A stretch of DNA of 64,000 nt, taken from contig JAGVZY010000010.1 of NCBI GenBank assembly GCA_018302225.1, positions 6,645 to 70,644 of the forward strand, in the 5' to 3' direction. Position 1 is the stretch's first letter. Every line of letters starts with the position of its first letter. A program made the position numbers and the translations under genes. Shown in pieces: positions 1 through 8,914 of this stretch. This DNA comes from Candidatus Woesearchaeota archaeon (GTDB lineage Archaea; Nanobdellota; Nanobdellia; SCGC-AAA011-G17; JAGVZY01). The notes beneath the pieces were generated by a model. The model saw only the letters and a list, made by a program, of their open reading frames with translations. It did not search any database and was not told the origin of the DNA.

Positions 1-212
1 AAGTTATGAGAGGAGAATTCGCAAAAAAAGAGGGAAGAGTTTCAAGAGTAAATTACAAAAGAAGAAAAGTCTATGCTGAAAATATTGACTTAATAAAAAG
101 AGCAGGTGCAAAAGCACAAGTAGGTTTACAACCTTCAAACTTAATGATTATAGAATTAAATTTAGACGACAAAAGAAGAATGAAAAAATTCACATCTAAG
201 GAGAAAAAATAA
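1..212 (+). CDS. rpl24: 50S ribosomal protein L24 (uL24), 5' end cut by window edge
   Basis: ORF 6..212 reads KEGRVSRVNYKRRKVYAENI...PSNLMIIELNLDD, the C-terminal part of archaeal L24. It lies directly upstream of S4e-L5, as in the conserved archaeal cluster. Confidence 0.8.
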   Translation, partial: VMRGEFAKKEGRVSRVNYKRRKVYAENIDLIKRAGAKAQVGLQPSNLMIIELNLDDKRRMKKFTSKEKK

Positions 213-224
213 GAGGCACAAAAA

Positions 225-1001
225 ATGGTAAGAAAACATCTTAAAAGAATGTATGCTCCAAAAACATGGGCAATTCAAAGAAAAAGTATAGGTAAATGGA
301 TTACTAGACCTAATTCAGGCCCCCATAATCTTCAAACTTCAATCTCTTTAAATTCATTATTAAAAGAGGTTTTAAGACTTACACAAACAACTAAAGAATC
401 AAAAAATATTAGCACAGATTCAAAAATCAAAGTAAATGGAAAATTAATCCAAGAATTAAAATTCCCAGTAGGTTTTATGGATATAATTGAAATTGCCCAT
501 TCAAAATTTATAATTTTATTTAATCACAAAGGGAGAATAGTTGCAGTTCCTACAAAATTGGATCTAAAACCTTCCAAGATTGTAAACAAATCATGGATCA
601 AAGGAAAAAAATTACAACTAAATCTTTATGATGGAACAAATCTAATCATAGACAAAGATAATTACAAAACAGGGGATAGTATTTTTGTAAAAGACAAAAA
701 AATAATCAAACACATAAAATTCGAAAAAGGTGCAACAATTTTCTTGACGGCAGGAAAACATGTAGGAATGTTCGGAAAACTTGAACAAGAAATTGAAACT
801 GTGGGTTCAGAAGAACCAAGAATATTATTTAGTTATGGAAAAGAAAAATATCAAACTCTTAAAAAATATGCTTTTGTTGTAGAAGATTCTATGAGTTCAA
901 CTGAAAAAATAGTTGAAAAAGTTTCAGAGGAATTAGAAACAGTTCCAAAAGAAACTGAAAAAATTATAGAAAAAAAACCTAAAAAAGAAACTAAGAAATG
1001 A
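225..1001 (+). CDS. rps4e: 30S ribosomal protein S4e (eS4), K/E-rich C-terminal tail
   Basis: N-terminus MVRKHLKRMYAPKTWAIQRK...GPHNL is the eS4 signature. Position between L24 and L5. Confidence 0.95.
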   Translation: MVRKHLKRMYAPKTWAIQRKSIGKWITRPNSGPHNLQTSISLNSLLKEVLRLTQTTKESKNISTDSKIKVNGKLIQELKFPVGFMDIIEIAHSKFIILFNHKGRIVAVPTKLDLKPSKIVNKSWIKGKKLQLNLYDGTNLIIDKDNYKTGDSIFVKDKKIIKHIKFEKGATIFLTAGKHVGMFGKLEQEIETVGSEEPRILFSYGKEKYQTLKKYAFVVEDSMSSTEKIVEKVSEELETVPKETEKIIEKKPKKETKK

Positions 1002-1501
1002 ATCCAATGAAAGAAATAAGGATAGAGAAAATAACCCTTAACATAGGTGTTGGACAAGCGGGAGAGAAGTTAGAAAAAGCTGCAAAACTACTTCAAAATC
1101 TTGCAGACGCTAAAGTAGTCCAAACAAAATCAAAGAAAAGAATACCGGGTTGGGGATTAAGAATAGGTCTACCTATTGGATGTAAGGTTACACTTAGAGG
1201 AAAAAAAGCAGAAGAAATGTTATCAAGATTATTAGTTGCTATTGATAAAAGAATAGCGCTCCAAAAATTCACAAACGAAACTATTTCATTCGGTATTCCA
1301 GAATATATTGATATACCTGGTGCAAAATATGATGTAGATGTAGGTATTATTGGTCTAGAATGTTCAGTAACTCTTGAAAGAAGAGGTTACAGAGTTAAAA
1401 AAAGGGCAATAAGAACTACAAGAGTAGGAAAAACACATAAAATAACTTCAGAAGATGCTATCAATTATATGAAAAATAAATTCGGAGTTACAGTCGAATA
1501 A
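998..1501 (+). CDS. rpl5: 50S ribosomal protein L5 (uL5)
   Basis: NPMKEIRIEKITLNIGVGQAG... and the GIPEYIDIPG motif. 4-nt overlap with the S4e stop. Confidence 0.95.
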   Translation: MNPMKEIRIEKITLNIGVGQAGEKLEKAAKLLQNLADAKVVQTKSKKRIPGWGLRIGLPIGCKVTLRGKKAEEMLSRLLVAIDKRIALQKFTNETISFGIPEYIDIPGAKYDVDVGIIGLECSVTLERRGYRVKKRAIRTTRVGKTHKITSEDAINYMKNKFGVTVE

Positions 1502-1513
1502 GGTGATACAAAA

Positions 1514-1744
1514 ATGACAACATCCAATTACAAAAAAATGTTTACTCAACTCAAAAGTAAACCTACAATTATGAAGAAATATATTAAACATAATACTCCG
1601 CTAAATAGAGGGCAAGGAAGATCTTCAAAAAAATGTAGGAGATGTGGAAGGACTGCAGCCCACATAAGTAAATATGGAATAAGATTATGCAGACAATGTT
1701 TCAGGGGGGTAGCTCAATCATTAGGGTTTAGAAAATATAACTAA
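1514..1744 (+). CDS. rps14: 30S ribosomal protein S14 (uS14, zinc-ribbon type)
   Basis: C-terminus CRRCGR...LCRQCFR...GFRKYN. A GGTGA SD-like motif precedes ATG 1514. The N-terminus is about 20 aa longer than usual, so an internal start is possible. Confidence 0.9.
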   Translation: MTTSNYKKMFTQLKSKPTIMKKYIKHNTPLNRGQGRSSKKCRRCGRTAAHISKYGIRLCRQCFRGVAQSLGFRKYN

Positions 1745-1760
1745 ATTGAGATTTTAAAAA

Positions 1761-2153
1761 ATGACACTAAACGATCCAATCGCAAATGCACTCTCTATGA
1801 TTTTAAATTACGAGAGAATAGGAAAGTCAGAATGCTACCTAAGAGTATCTTCAAATTTACTAAAAGAAATATTAACTTTAATAAATGAAAAAGGTTATAT
1901 CGGAACTTTTGAAGTAATTAAGAGCACAAAAGGAGAATCTTTAAAAATCAATTTAATTGGAAAAATAAACAAGTGTGGAGTCATAAAACCAAGATTCTCT
2001 GTTAAAAAAGATGAATACGAAAAATACGAAAAAAGATTCTTACCTTCAAATAATTTTGGATATTTAATAGTTTCAACACCTAAAGGATTAATGTTACATG
2101 AAACTGCAAAAGAGAAAAAACTTGGAGGAAGATTAATCGCTTATATTTACTAA
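1761..2153 (+). CDS. rps8: 30S ribosomal protein S8 (uS8)
   Basis: MTLNDPIANALSMILNYE... and the C-terminal GGRLIAYIY. Conserved cluster order. Confidence 0.95.
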   Translation: MTLNDPIANALSMILNYERIGKSECYLRVSSNLLKEILTLINEKGYIGTFEVIKSTKGESLKINLIGKINKCGVIKPRFSVKKDEYEKYEKRFLPSNNFGYLIVSTPKGLMLHETAKEKKLGGRLIAYIY

Positions 2154-2154
2154 A

Positions 2155-2703
2155 ATGAGAATAGAAAAAGTTGAAAGAAAAATTGAAATTCCACAAGGGA
2201 TAGAATTAATAGTTCAAACACCCTTTGTAACTGTAAAAGGTCCAAAAGGAGAAATGAAAAAAAGATTGCTAAGCAAAGAAATCACTTCAGAAAGATCACA
2301 AAATCAATTAAAATTTATATTAAAAAACGCAAAAAGAACTGAAAAAATGCAATTAGGAACCTTATGTGCACACATAAGAAATATGATTGAAGGTGTTAAA
2401 AATGGTTATACTTACAGATTAAAAATATGTTCAAGTCATTTCCCTATGTCCGTAGTAGTTCAAGGAAATGATATTATAATCAAAAATTATCTTGGTGAAA
2501 GACATCCAAGAAAAGCAAGAATCTTAGAAGGTGTAAAAGCAAAGGTTGAAGCTAATATAATTACTTTAGAAGGCAATGATATTGAATTAGTTGGACAAAC
2601 TGCATCCAATATTGAATTAGCTGCACAAATAAGAGATAAAGATAGAAGAGTATTCCAAGATGGAATTTATATTTATGAAAAAGCAGGTAAAAAACTAGAA
2701 TGA
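2155..2703 (+). CDS. rpl6: 50S ribosomal protein L6 (uL6)
   Basis: IEIPQGIELIVQTPFVTVKGPKGEM... is typical of L6. Cluster order S8-L6-L32e. Confidence 0.95.
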   Translation: MRIEKVERKIEIPQGIELIVQTPFVTVKGPKGEMKKRLLSKEITSERSQNQLKFILKNAKRTEKMQLGTLCAHIRNMIEGVKNGYTYRLKICSSHFPMSVVVQGNDIIIKNYLGERHPRKARILEGVKAKVEANIITLEGNDIELVGQTASNIELAAQIRDKDRRVFQDGIYIYEKAGKKLE

Positions 2704-3302
2704 CCTCAGGCAATTTTAAAAGGGACGAAGCAAACAAATTAAAGAGACTTCACTTAGGTTGGAGAAGACCTAGAGGACTTCACAACAAGAGAAGATTACA
2801 CAGAAAAGGACATGCAAAATGGCCTTCACCAGGTTTTGGTTCAAGTTCAGAAAACTTTGGAAAAATTAAGGGTTTAATAAAAGTAAGAGTATTTAATATC
2901 TCTGACTTAGAAAAACTTGATTCAAAAAAGAATATTATTGAAATTGCATCAACAGTAGGAACAAAAAAGAGACTACAAATCTTAGAAAAAGCAAAACAAT
3001 TCAAAATAGTAGGAATAAATGATATTCAAAAGTATTTAATTGAAAAGAGAGAAAAATTCGAGAAAAGAAAACAAGAAACTGAGAAGAAGAAAGAAGAAAA
3101 AGAAAAGACTAAAAAAGAGCTTGAAGAAAAAGAAGAAAAAGAAGAAAAAAAAGAAACTAAAGAGGAAATTAAAAAAGAAGAACTTGAAGAAACAAAAAAG
3201 ATGACCGAACAAAAAGAAAAGATTCATCCAAAAGAAGTAGGTGTACCAGAAAAACAAAAAAGTCCGCAACACAGAACTGTAACTGGACCTCAAAAAGCAT
3301 AA
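2700..3302 (+). CDS. rpl32e: 50S ribosomal protein L32e (eL32) with about 85-aa low-complexity K/E tail
   Basis: LGWRRPRGLHNKRRLHRKGH motif. From about residue 115 the sequence is EKRKQETEKKKEEKEKTKKELEEKEEKEEKKE... Confidence 0.9.
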   Translation: MTSGNFKRDEANKLKRLHLGWRRPRGLHNKRRLHRKGHAKWPSPGFGSSSENFGKIKGLIKVRVFNISDLEKLDSKKNIIEIASTVGTKKRLQILEKAKQFKIVGINDIQKYLIEKREKFEKRKQETEKKKEEKEKTKKELEEKEEKEEKKETKEEIKKEELEETKKMTEQKEKIHPKEVGVPEKQKSPQHRTVTGPQKA

Positions 3303-3312
3303 TACTATGAAA

Positions 3313-3379
3313 TGTCAAACTTGTTTGACAATCATTAAAATTCGGAGAATTTGAATGAAACATAAACCGTGGGTTTATG
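3313..3379 (+). other. Three tandem perfect short hairpins in the L32e-L19e spacer
   Basis: tgtcaaac/gtttgaca (3313-3330), aaattc-gga-gaattt (3338-3352, GGAG in the loop), cataaacc-gtg-ggtttatg (3361-3379, covering ATG 3377). Confidence 0.6.
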
Positions 3380-3940
3380 ATCATTTTTCAAAAAAAAATG
3401 AAACTATCAACACAAAAAAGGATTGCTGCAAAAATCTTGAATAAAGGAAAGTCAAGAGTTAAGTTTGACGAGTCTGCTCTATCAGAGATTAAAGAAGCAA
3501 TTACTAGAGGAGACATAAGAAAACTTGCAAAACAAGGTGCAATCTCAGAAAAACACCAAAACATGCAATCTAGAGCAAGAGCAAGAAAAAGCGCAATTCA
3601 AAAATCAAAAGGAAGACAAAAAGGCCATGGTTCAAGAAAAGGAAAGAAGTTTGCAAGAACACCTAGAAAACTTACTTGGATGTTTAGAATAAGACTTCAA
3701 AGAAAATTCCTTAATGAACTAAAAGAAAAAGAACTAATCAGCTCAAAAGTTTACCACATGCTAAGACAAAAAGCAAAAGGTGGGTTCTTTAGAAGTAAAA
3801 GACACATAAAAGTCTTCCTAGAAGAACATAATTTAGTAGGAAAAAAAGACATTCCAGAAGAAATGTTAAAAAAACCAGATTTAGAAACTAAAAAAGACAA
3901 CAAAACTAATACTCAAAAAAAGAAAAAAACTGAAAAATGA
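3377..3940 (+). CDS. rpl19e: 50S ribosomal protein L19e (eL19)
   Basis: KLSTQKRIAAKILNKGKSRVKFD... is the eL19 N-terminus. The real start is probably ATG 3398 (MKLSTQKR). K-rich tail. Confidence 0.9.
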   Translation: MIIFQKKMKLSTQKRIAAKILNKGKSRVKFDESALSEIKEAITRGDIRKLAKQGAISEKHQNMQSRARARKSAIQKSKGRQKGHGSRKGKKFARTPRKLTWMFRIRLQRKFLNELKEKELISSKVYHMLRQKAKGGFFRSKRHIKVFLEEHNLVGKKDIPEEMLKKPDLETKKDNKTNTQKKKKTEK

Positions 3941-3965
3941 AACCAAAATTTACAAATTTAGGGTT

Positions 3966-3986
3966 ATTTAAATCGGAGATTTAAAT
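3966..3986 (+). promoter_or_regulatory. Hairpin presenting GGAG in its loop and pairing the L18 start codon
   Basis: atttaaatc-gga-gatttaaat is a perfect 9-bp stem. The 3' arm contains the A and T of ATG 3985. Confidence 0.5.
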
Positions 3987-4509
3987 GAAGACAATATATT
4001 TTAGAAGGAAAAGGCAAGGAAAAACAGATTACAAACAAAGACTAGCTCTTTTAAAATCTGGAAAACCTAGGTTAGTTGTAAGAAAAACTCTAAACAATAT
4101 AATTATACAAATTGTAGAATACTCTCCAAAAGGAGATTTAATCAAAACAAGTTTCTCATCAATTAAATTGAAAAAACTTGGCTGGAATTATAATACTAAA
4201 AATATACCTGCTGCATATCTTGCAGGATATTTATGTGGTAAAAATTACAAAGGAAAAGAAGTAATATTAGATGCAGGTTTAAGAAAACCAACTAAACTTT
4301 CAAAAATCTATGCAGCCCTACAAGGTGTAATTGACGCAGGTGTAAAAGTTCAAGGTGTAGAAATTGCATTTGAAGATAAAAACAAATTATTTGGAAAAAC
4401 AATAGAACACTATTCAAGCCTCGCTTCAGAAAAGATGTTTTCAAATTACAAAAAACACGGAAAAATCGATATGCCTAATTCAATAGAGAAAATAAAGGGT
4501 GGTTATTAA
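3985..4509 (+). CDS. rpl18: 50S ribosomal protein L18 (uL18)
   Basis: FRRKRQGKTDYKQRLALLKSGKPRLVVRKTLNNI is the uL18 signature. Confidence 0.93.
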   Translation: MKTIYFRRKRQGKTDYKQRLALLKSGKPRLVVRKTLNNIIIQIVEYSPKGDLIKTSFSSIKLKKLGWNYNTKNIPAAYLAGYLCGKNYKGKEVILDAGLRKPTKLSKIYAALQGVIDAGVKVQGVEIAFEDKNKLFGKTIEHYSSLASEKMFSNYKKHGKIDMPNSIEKIKGGY

Positions 4510-5273
4510 TGGTAGGAAGAGACAAAAAGTATAGGAAAAAGCAAGATACAGATATCAGAATGGGTATAGAAACAAAAAAACCATTTGATTTTGATAATTG
4601 GAAACCTAAGACTGCCTTGGGAAAACAAGTTAAAGCTAAAGAAATAAAAGATATTGATTATATTTTAAACAATGGCCTCAATATTATGGAAGCTGAAATT
4701 GTTGACGCTCTTTTACCAAACTTAGAACATGATTTATTATTATTTGGACAATCCAAAGGTAAATTCGGTGGTGGAAAAAGAAGTATTTGGAGACAAACTC
4801 AGAAAAAAACAAAAGAAGGAAACCGTCCTAGTTTTGCTGCAATGGCTTTAGTAGGAGATAAAGAGGGCCATATAGGTTTAGGATTTGGAAAAGCAAAAGA
4901 AACTGTTCCTGCAAGAGAAAAAGCAATCAGAAATGCTAAAGTAAATTTAATTAAAGTAGTCAAAGGTTGTGGTTCATGGGAGTGTGGTTGTAAACTACCT
5001 CACTCAGTACCTTATAGAGTCGAAGGAAAATGTGGTTCAGTTGAAGTTGCATTAATACCTGCTCCAAAAGGAACTGGTTTATGTATTGAAAAAGAACTTA
5101 AAAAAATACTTACTCATGCAGGAATTAAAGATATATATTCACAAACATTTGGACAAACAACAACAAAAATAAATTTTATTTATGCTTGCTTTGATGCTTT
5201 GAAAAATCTTTCAAAAATGAAACTTAGAGCAGGACAAAAAACAAAACTTGGAATTGAAGAAAAGGAAATATAA
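4509..5273 (+). CDS. rps5: 30S ribosomal protein S5 (uS5)
   Basis: FAAMALVGDKEGHIGLGFGKAKETVPAREKAIRNAK and the GTGL motif. Cluster order. Confidence 0.95.
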   Translation: MVGRDKKYRKKQDTDIRMGIETKKPFDFDNWKPKTALGKQVKAKEIKDIDYILNNGLNIMEAEIVDALLPNLEHDLLLFGQSKGKFGGGKRSIWRQTQKKTKEGNRPSFAAMALVGDKEGHIGLGFGKAKETVPAREKAIRNAKVNLIKVVKGCGSWECGCKLPHSVPYRVEGKCGSVEVALIPAPKGTGLCIEKELKKILTHAGIKDIYSQTFGQTTTKINFIYACFDALKNLSKMKLRAGQKTKLGIEEKEI

Positions 5274-5747
5274 ATGCATACAAAATTAGTCGTTATAAGG
5301 ATAAGAGGAGATCTTGGTGTAAGAAAACCAGTAGTAGATACTATGAAAATGCTAAGATTGTATAACAAAAACTATGCAGTAATTCTAGATTCAACACCTA
5401 GTATTGTTAACATGCTTATCAATGCAAAAGATTACATTACTTGGGGAGAATTAGACAAAGAAGCTCTTCATTTATTATTAGAAAAAAGAGCAAGACTTCC
5501 AGGCAACAAGCAAGTTACAGATTCTTATGTTAAAGAAAAATTAAAAATTTCTCTTAAAGAATTTTCAGACAAAATATTTGAAAACAAAGCAAAATTATCA
5601 GACTTACCTGGAATGAGATTATTTTTCAGACTAAAACCACCAGTAAAAGGTTTTGAAAAAGGCGGAATCAAAAAACCATTTGCTCAAGGCGGAGTTTTAG
5701 GTTATAGAACAAATAAAGTTAATGATTTACTAAAAAGAATGTTATAA
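5274..5747 (+). CDS. rpl30: 50S ribosomal protein L30 (uL30)
   Basis: VVIRIRGDLGVRKPVVDTMKMLRL is typical of archaeal L30. Starts 1 nt after the S5 stop. Confidence 0.93.
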   Translation: MHTKLVVIRIRGDLGVRKPVVDTMKMLRLYNKNYAVILDSTPSIVNMLINAKDYITWGELDKEALHLLLEKRARLPGNKQVTDSYVKEKLKISLKEFSDKIFENKAKLSDLPGMRLFFRLKPPVKGFEKGGIKKPFAQGGVLGYRTNKVNDLLKRML

Positions 5748-5757
5748 AGGTAAAAAA

Positions 5758-6198
5758 ATGACAATCAACAAAAGAAAGAAAAACGTAAGACAACGTGGAA
5801 GAAACTCTCATGGTTGGGGCTCAAAAAAGAAGCATAGAGGAGCAGGCCATAGAGGTGGAAGAGGAATGGCTGGAACTGGAAAAAGAGCAGACCATAAAAA
5901 ACAAAGTATCATAGTCGAAGTGGGATTAAATAATTATTTTGGAAAGCACGGTTTTAGAAGAAGAGGCGGAATTAAAAAACCTGAAGTTATTAATTTAGCA
6001 CAAATACAAAATCACCTTGAAAAATGGACCAAAGAAGATAAAATAAAAGATAATACTCTTAATTTAACAGAACTAGGTTATGGAAAATTGCTATCAAAGG
6101 GAGAACTAAAAACAAAACTTAAAATAGTAGTAAAAGAAACTTCAAACAGCGCATTAGAAAAAATAAAAAAGATAGGTGGAGAAGTTGTCGCTTCTTGA
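5758..6198 (+). CDS. rpl15: 50S ribosomal protein L15 (uL15)
   Basis: RGRNSHGWGSKKKHRGAGHRGGRGMAGTGKR glycine/arginine-rich N-terminus. Confidence 0.93.
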   Translation: MTINKRKKNVRQRGRNSHGWGSKKKHRGAGHRGGRGMAGTGKRADHKKQSIIVEVGLNNYFGKHGFRRRGGIKKPEVINLAQIQNHLEKWTKEDKIKDNTLNLTELGYGKLLSKGELKTKLKIVVKETSNSALEKIKKIGGEVVAS

Positions 6199-7642
6199 AA
6201 TAGTAAACAAAAATTTACCAGAAATCAAAGGTCCTGCACAGAAAAGACTTCCGTTTAATGAGAAACTTAAATGGACTCTAATAGTTCTTGTTGCATTCTT
6301 TATTTTATCAGTACTTCCACTTTACGGAATGGGAAAAAACAATCTTGAACATTTCGAGATGTTATCCCTTTTACTTGGTGCAAGTTTTGGTAGTGTTCTT
6401 TCATTAGGTATTGGACCTATTGTTACAGGTTCTATTGTCTTACAATTATTAAAAGGTGCAGGAATATTAAAATTAGATACTCACACACCCGAAGGAAGAC
6501 AAAAATATGAAGGTTTACAAAAATTATTATCATTATTCTTTATAGTCTTTGAAGCATTAATCTACATATTAATGGGCGGACTTGCACCAGCTTCAACTTT
6601 GAGTATAGGCCAATATAGATTTTATCAATTCTTATTAGTATTACAATTAATAATTGGTGGTATAGTTGTACTTTATCTAGATCAAATCATTAGTAAGTGG
6701 GGATTCGGAAGTGGTATCTCATTATTTATTGCAGCAAATGTTTCTGCACAAATATTTATAGGAGCATTCTCACCTTTTGCAGTTGGAGCAACAGGAGCGA
6801 CATTTGGTTCTATATTTAGTTCAAGTGGTTTAGCACCAACAGGAAAAGTTTGGGTCTTAATAGGCTCTTTGATAAATCCAAACTCAAAAGAAGCAATCTT
6901 AGCATTATCAGCGATTGTCGCAACAATTATAGTATTCTTAATGTCTGTATATGCCCAGGCAATGAAAGTTGAAATTCCTTTATCATTCGGAAGAGTACGT
7001 GGTCATGGTGTAAGATGGCCCCTAAGATTTATGTACACTTCAAACATCCCAGTTATACTTACTGCAGCATTAATGGCAAATGTTCAATTAATGGCAAACT
7101 TGCTTCAAAAATCTCTAACTGCAAGCACAGGATTTTTAGTTTTCTTATCTAAACATGTCTTAGGACAATTCTCAGGAAGCACACCACAATCAGGATTGGT
7201 TTATTGGTTAAGTGCTCCAGATATATTAAGAGCAATAATTCAACAAGGTGGAATTACTGGAAATATGATTTTACAAGTTATAATATTTACATTATTTATG
7301 ATGATAGGTGCAGTAGTTTTCTCATTATTCTGGGTTCAAACATCTGGAATGGATGCACAATCACAAGCATCAAACATTCTTTCATCAGGTTTACAAATTC
7401 CTGGATTTAGAAGAGATGAAAGAGTTGTAGAACATTTACTTTCAAGATATATTCTGCCTTTAACAATTATGGGTGCATTGACTGTAGGATTTTTAGCATC
7501 AGCCGCAGATTTAATGGGTGCATTAAGTAGAGGTACAGGTATTTTACTTACAGTTATGATTATTTACAATTTATATGAATCCATTGCAAAAGAACATATG
7601 ATGGATATGTATCCAGCATTAAGAAAAATGATGGGTAAGTAA
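6176..7642 (+). CDS. secY: Preprotein translocase subunit SecY
   Basis: 488 aa and polytopic. Motifs LPFNEKLKWTL, GIGPIVTGSIVLQLL, GSGISLFI. GTG start overlapping the L15 end. Canonical position after L15. Confidence 0.95.
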   Translation: MEKLSLLEIVNKNLPEIKGPAQKRLPFNEKLKWTLIVLVAFFILSVLPLYGMGKNNLEHFEMLSLLLGASFGSVLSLGIGPIVTGSIVLQLLKGAGILKLDTHTPEGRQKYEGLQKLLSLFFIVFEALIYILMGGLAPASTLSIGQYRFYQFLLVLQLIIGGIVVLYLDQIISKWGFGSGISLFIAANVSAQIFIGAFSPFAVGATGATFGSIFSSSGLAPTGKVWVLIGSLINPNSKEAILALSAIVATIIVFLMSVYAQAMKVEIPLSFGRVRGHGVRWPLRFMYTSNIPVILTAALMANVQLMANLLQKSLTASTGFLVFLSKHVLGQFSGSTPQSGLVYWLSAPDILRAIIQQGGITGNMILQVIIFTLFMMIGAVVFSLFWVQTSGMDAQSQASNILSSGLQIPGFRRDERVVEHLLSRYILPLTIMGALTVGFLASAADLMGALSRGTGILLTVMIIYNLYESIAKEHMMDMYPALRKMMGK

Positions 7643-7693
7643 ATTAAAAATAAATTAGTTAAAAAAACAATTCAAAAAAAGAGGTATGTAAAT

Positions 7694-8134
7694 ATGCTAG
7701 ATAATTTTTTTAATACAATATTTTATCCATTTATGTTAATTGGAAAACTTTATGGTTTAATTGTTCTTTCAATAATCTTAACATTTGTGGTTACAATAAT
7801 CTACAAATACACAACTAAACAAAAATTGTTGAAAGATTTGAAAGATGAAATAAAATCATTACAAAAAGAAATGAAAGAGCTTAAAGGAAATCCAAAAAAG
7901 ATGATGGAAGTCCAAGCCAAAATGACTGAAATAAATTTAAAGTATATGGGTCATTCTTTCAAAGGCAGTTTAATAACATTAATTCCTATGTTAATTGTTT
8001 ATGGCTGGCTTAGAAATTATTATACCGGCACACCCTTAAACTTTTTAGGTTTTATAGACAATTGGATTTGGGTTTACATTATTATTTCATTCGTAGCAAG
8101 CACAGCATTTAGAAAAATACTTAAAATTTATTAA
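7694..8134 (+). CDS. DUF106/EMC3-type membrane protein (YidC/Oxa1-superfamily insertase-like)
   Basis: TM - coiled-coil (LKDLKDEIKSLQKEMKELKGNPKKMMEVQAKM) - TM architecture. It occupies the slot after SecY where archaeal DUF106 genes sit. Confidence 0.6.
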   Translation: MLDNFFNTIFYPFMLIGKLYGLIVLSIILTFVVTIIYKYTTKQKLLKDLKDEIKSLQKEMKELKGNPKKMMEVQAKMTEINLKYMGHSFKGSLITLIPMLIVYGWLRNYYTGTPLNFLGFIDNWIWVYIIISFVASTAFRKILKIY

Positions 8135-8146
8135 TATTAAAAAACA

Positions 8147-8224
8147 AAGGTTTAATTTATAAACCTTAGGTTTATGTTAATAAATAGGTTAAAATGAAGG
8201 GTTAAACTTGTTTAACATTCATTT
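8147..8224 (+). other. Structured spacer: mutually exclusive hairpins, then a long hairpin followed by a T-run
   Basis: aaggttta/taaacctt (8147-8167) overlaps ataaacc/ggtttat (8159-8175). aaatgaa..gttaaac-tt-gtttaac..ttcattt (8192-8224) is followed by T-rich sequence just before L34e. Confidence 0.5.
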
Positions 8225-8236
8225 TTTGGAGAAAAA

Positions 8237-8482
8237 ATGAAAGGCATAAGAAAAATTACAAAAAAAGCTGCAAAATATACAAAAATACACAAATTAAACA
8301 AAAAACCAAATAAACCACATTGTGCATCTTGTGGAAAAGTATTAATTGGAGTCCCACATACATTCTCAAGAATGTTGAAAACTACTTCAAAAACTAAAAA
8401 AAGACCTCAAAGAATCTTTGGTGGAATGTTATGTTCAGAATGCAGTAGAAATGCATTAAAAGAAAAAATAATGAATAAATAG
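8237..8482 (+). CDS. rpl34e: 50S ribosomal protein L34e (eL34)
   Basis: CASCGKVLIGVPH...KRPQRIFGGMLCSEC zinc-ribbon pattern of eL34. Confidence 0.9.
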   Translation: MKGIRKITKKAAKYTKIHKLNKKPNKPHCASCGKVLIGVPHTFSRMLKTTSKTKKRPQRIFGGMLCSECSRNALKEKIMNK

Positions 8483-8579
8483 TAATCTCTTACTGTTATA
8501 GTAAATGATTTAATAAAATTGTTTACTAGTTATAAGGGGACATCTAATAGATTATGTCACTTTATATACAAAGCTGAAT

Positions 8580-8599
8580 CTTGCTTGGTGACAAGCAAG
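8580..8599 (+). other. 8-bp hairpin with GTGA (GNRA-type) tetraloop upstream of L14e
   Basis: cttgcttg-gtga-caagcaag, about 27 nt upstream of ATG 8627. Confidence 0.5.
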
Positions 8600-8626
8600 G
8601 GGATTTTACAAATAGGAGGAAATAAA

Positions 8627-8914
8627 ATGGAGACAGGACAAGTTTGTTATAAAATAGCTGGTAGAGATGCTGGTGGTTGTTGTGTAATTCTTGAAGTTAT
8701 AGACAAAAATTATGTAACTATAGATGGCGAAACAAGAAGAAAAAAATGTAATATAAAACATCTAGAACCGATAAATGTAAAAATTAAAGCAGATAAGAAT
8801 ACTTCTAAAGAAGAAATTCTAAAACTTTTAGAAAAACAAGAATTAATAAAAATTAAAAAACAAAAAATAATAAAAAATGCAAATAGCAAAACTAAGTCTG
8901 GAAAGAAATCCTAA
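8627..8914 (+). CDS. rpl14e: 50S ribosomal protein L14e (eL14)
   Basis: METGQVCYKIAGRDAGGCCVILEVIDKNYVTIDG KOW-like N-terminus. A GGAGG motif precedes ATG 8627. The track ORF's TTG start at 8519 was rejected. Confidence 0.85.
   Translation: METGQVCYKIAGRDAGGCCVILEVIDKNYVTIDGETRRKKCNIKHLEPINVKIKADKNTSKEEILKLLEKQELIKIKKQKIIKNANSKTKSGKKS

Noticed and set aside
2780-3384. Antisense ORFs 2780-3004, 3036-3293 and 3169-3384 opposite L32e.
   Set aside because: Their translations are F/L/S low-complexity strings produced by the complement of the purine-rich K/E tail. The sense strand encodes a well-supported r-protein.
8519-8626. TTG-initiated 36-codon extension of L14e.
   Set aside because: eL14 begins at METGQVCYK. 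ATG 8627 has a GGAGG motif upstream, and the extension contains a strong hairpin rather than protein-like sequence.
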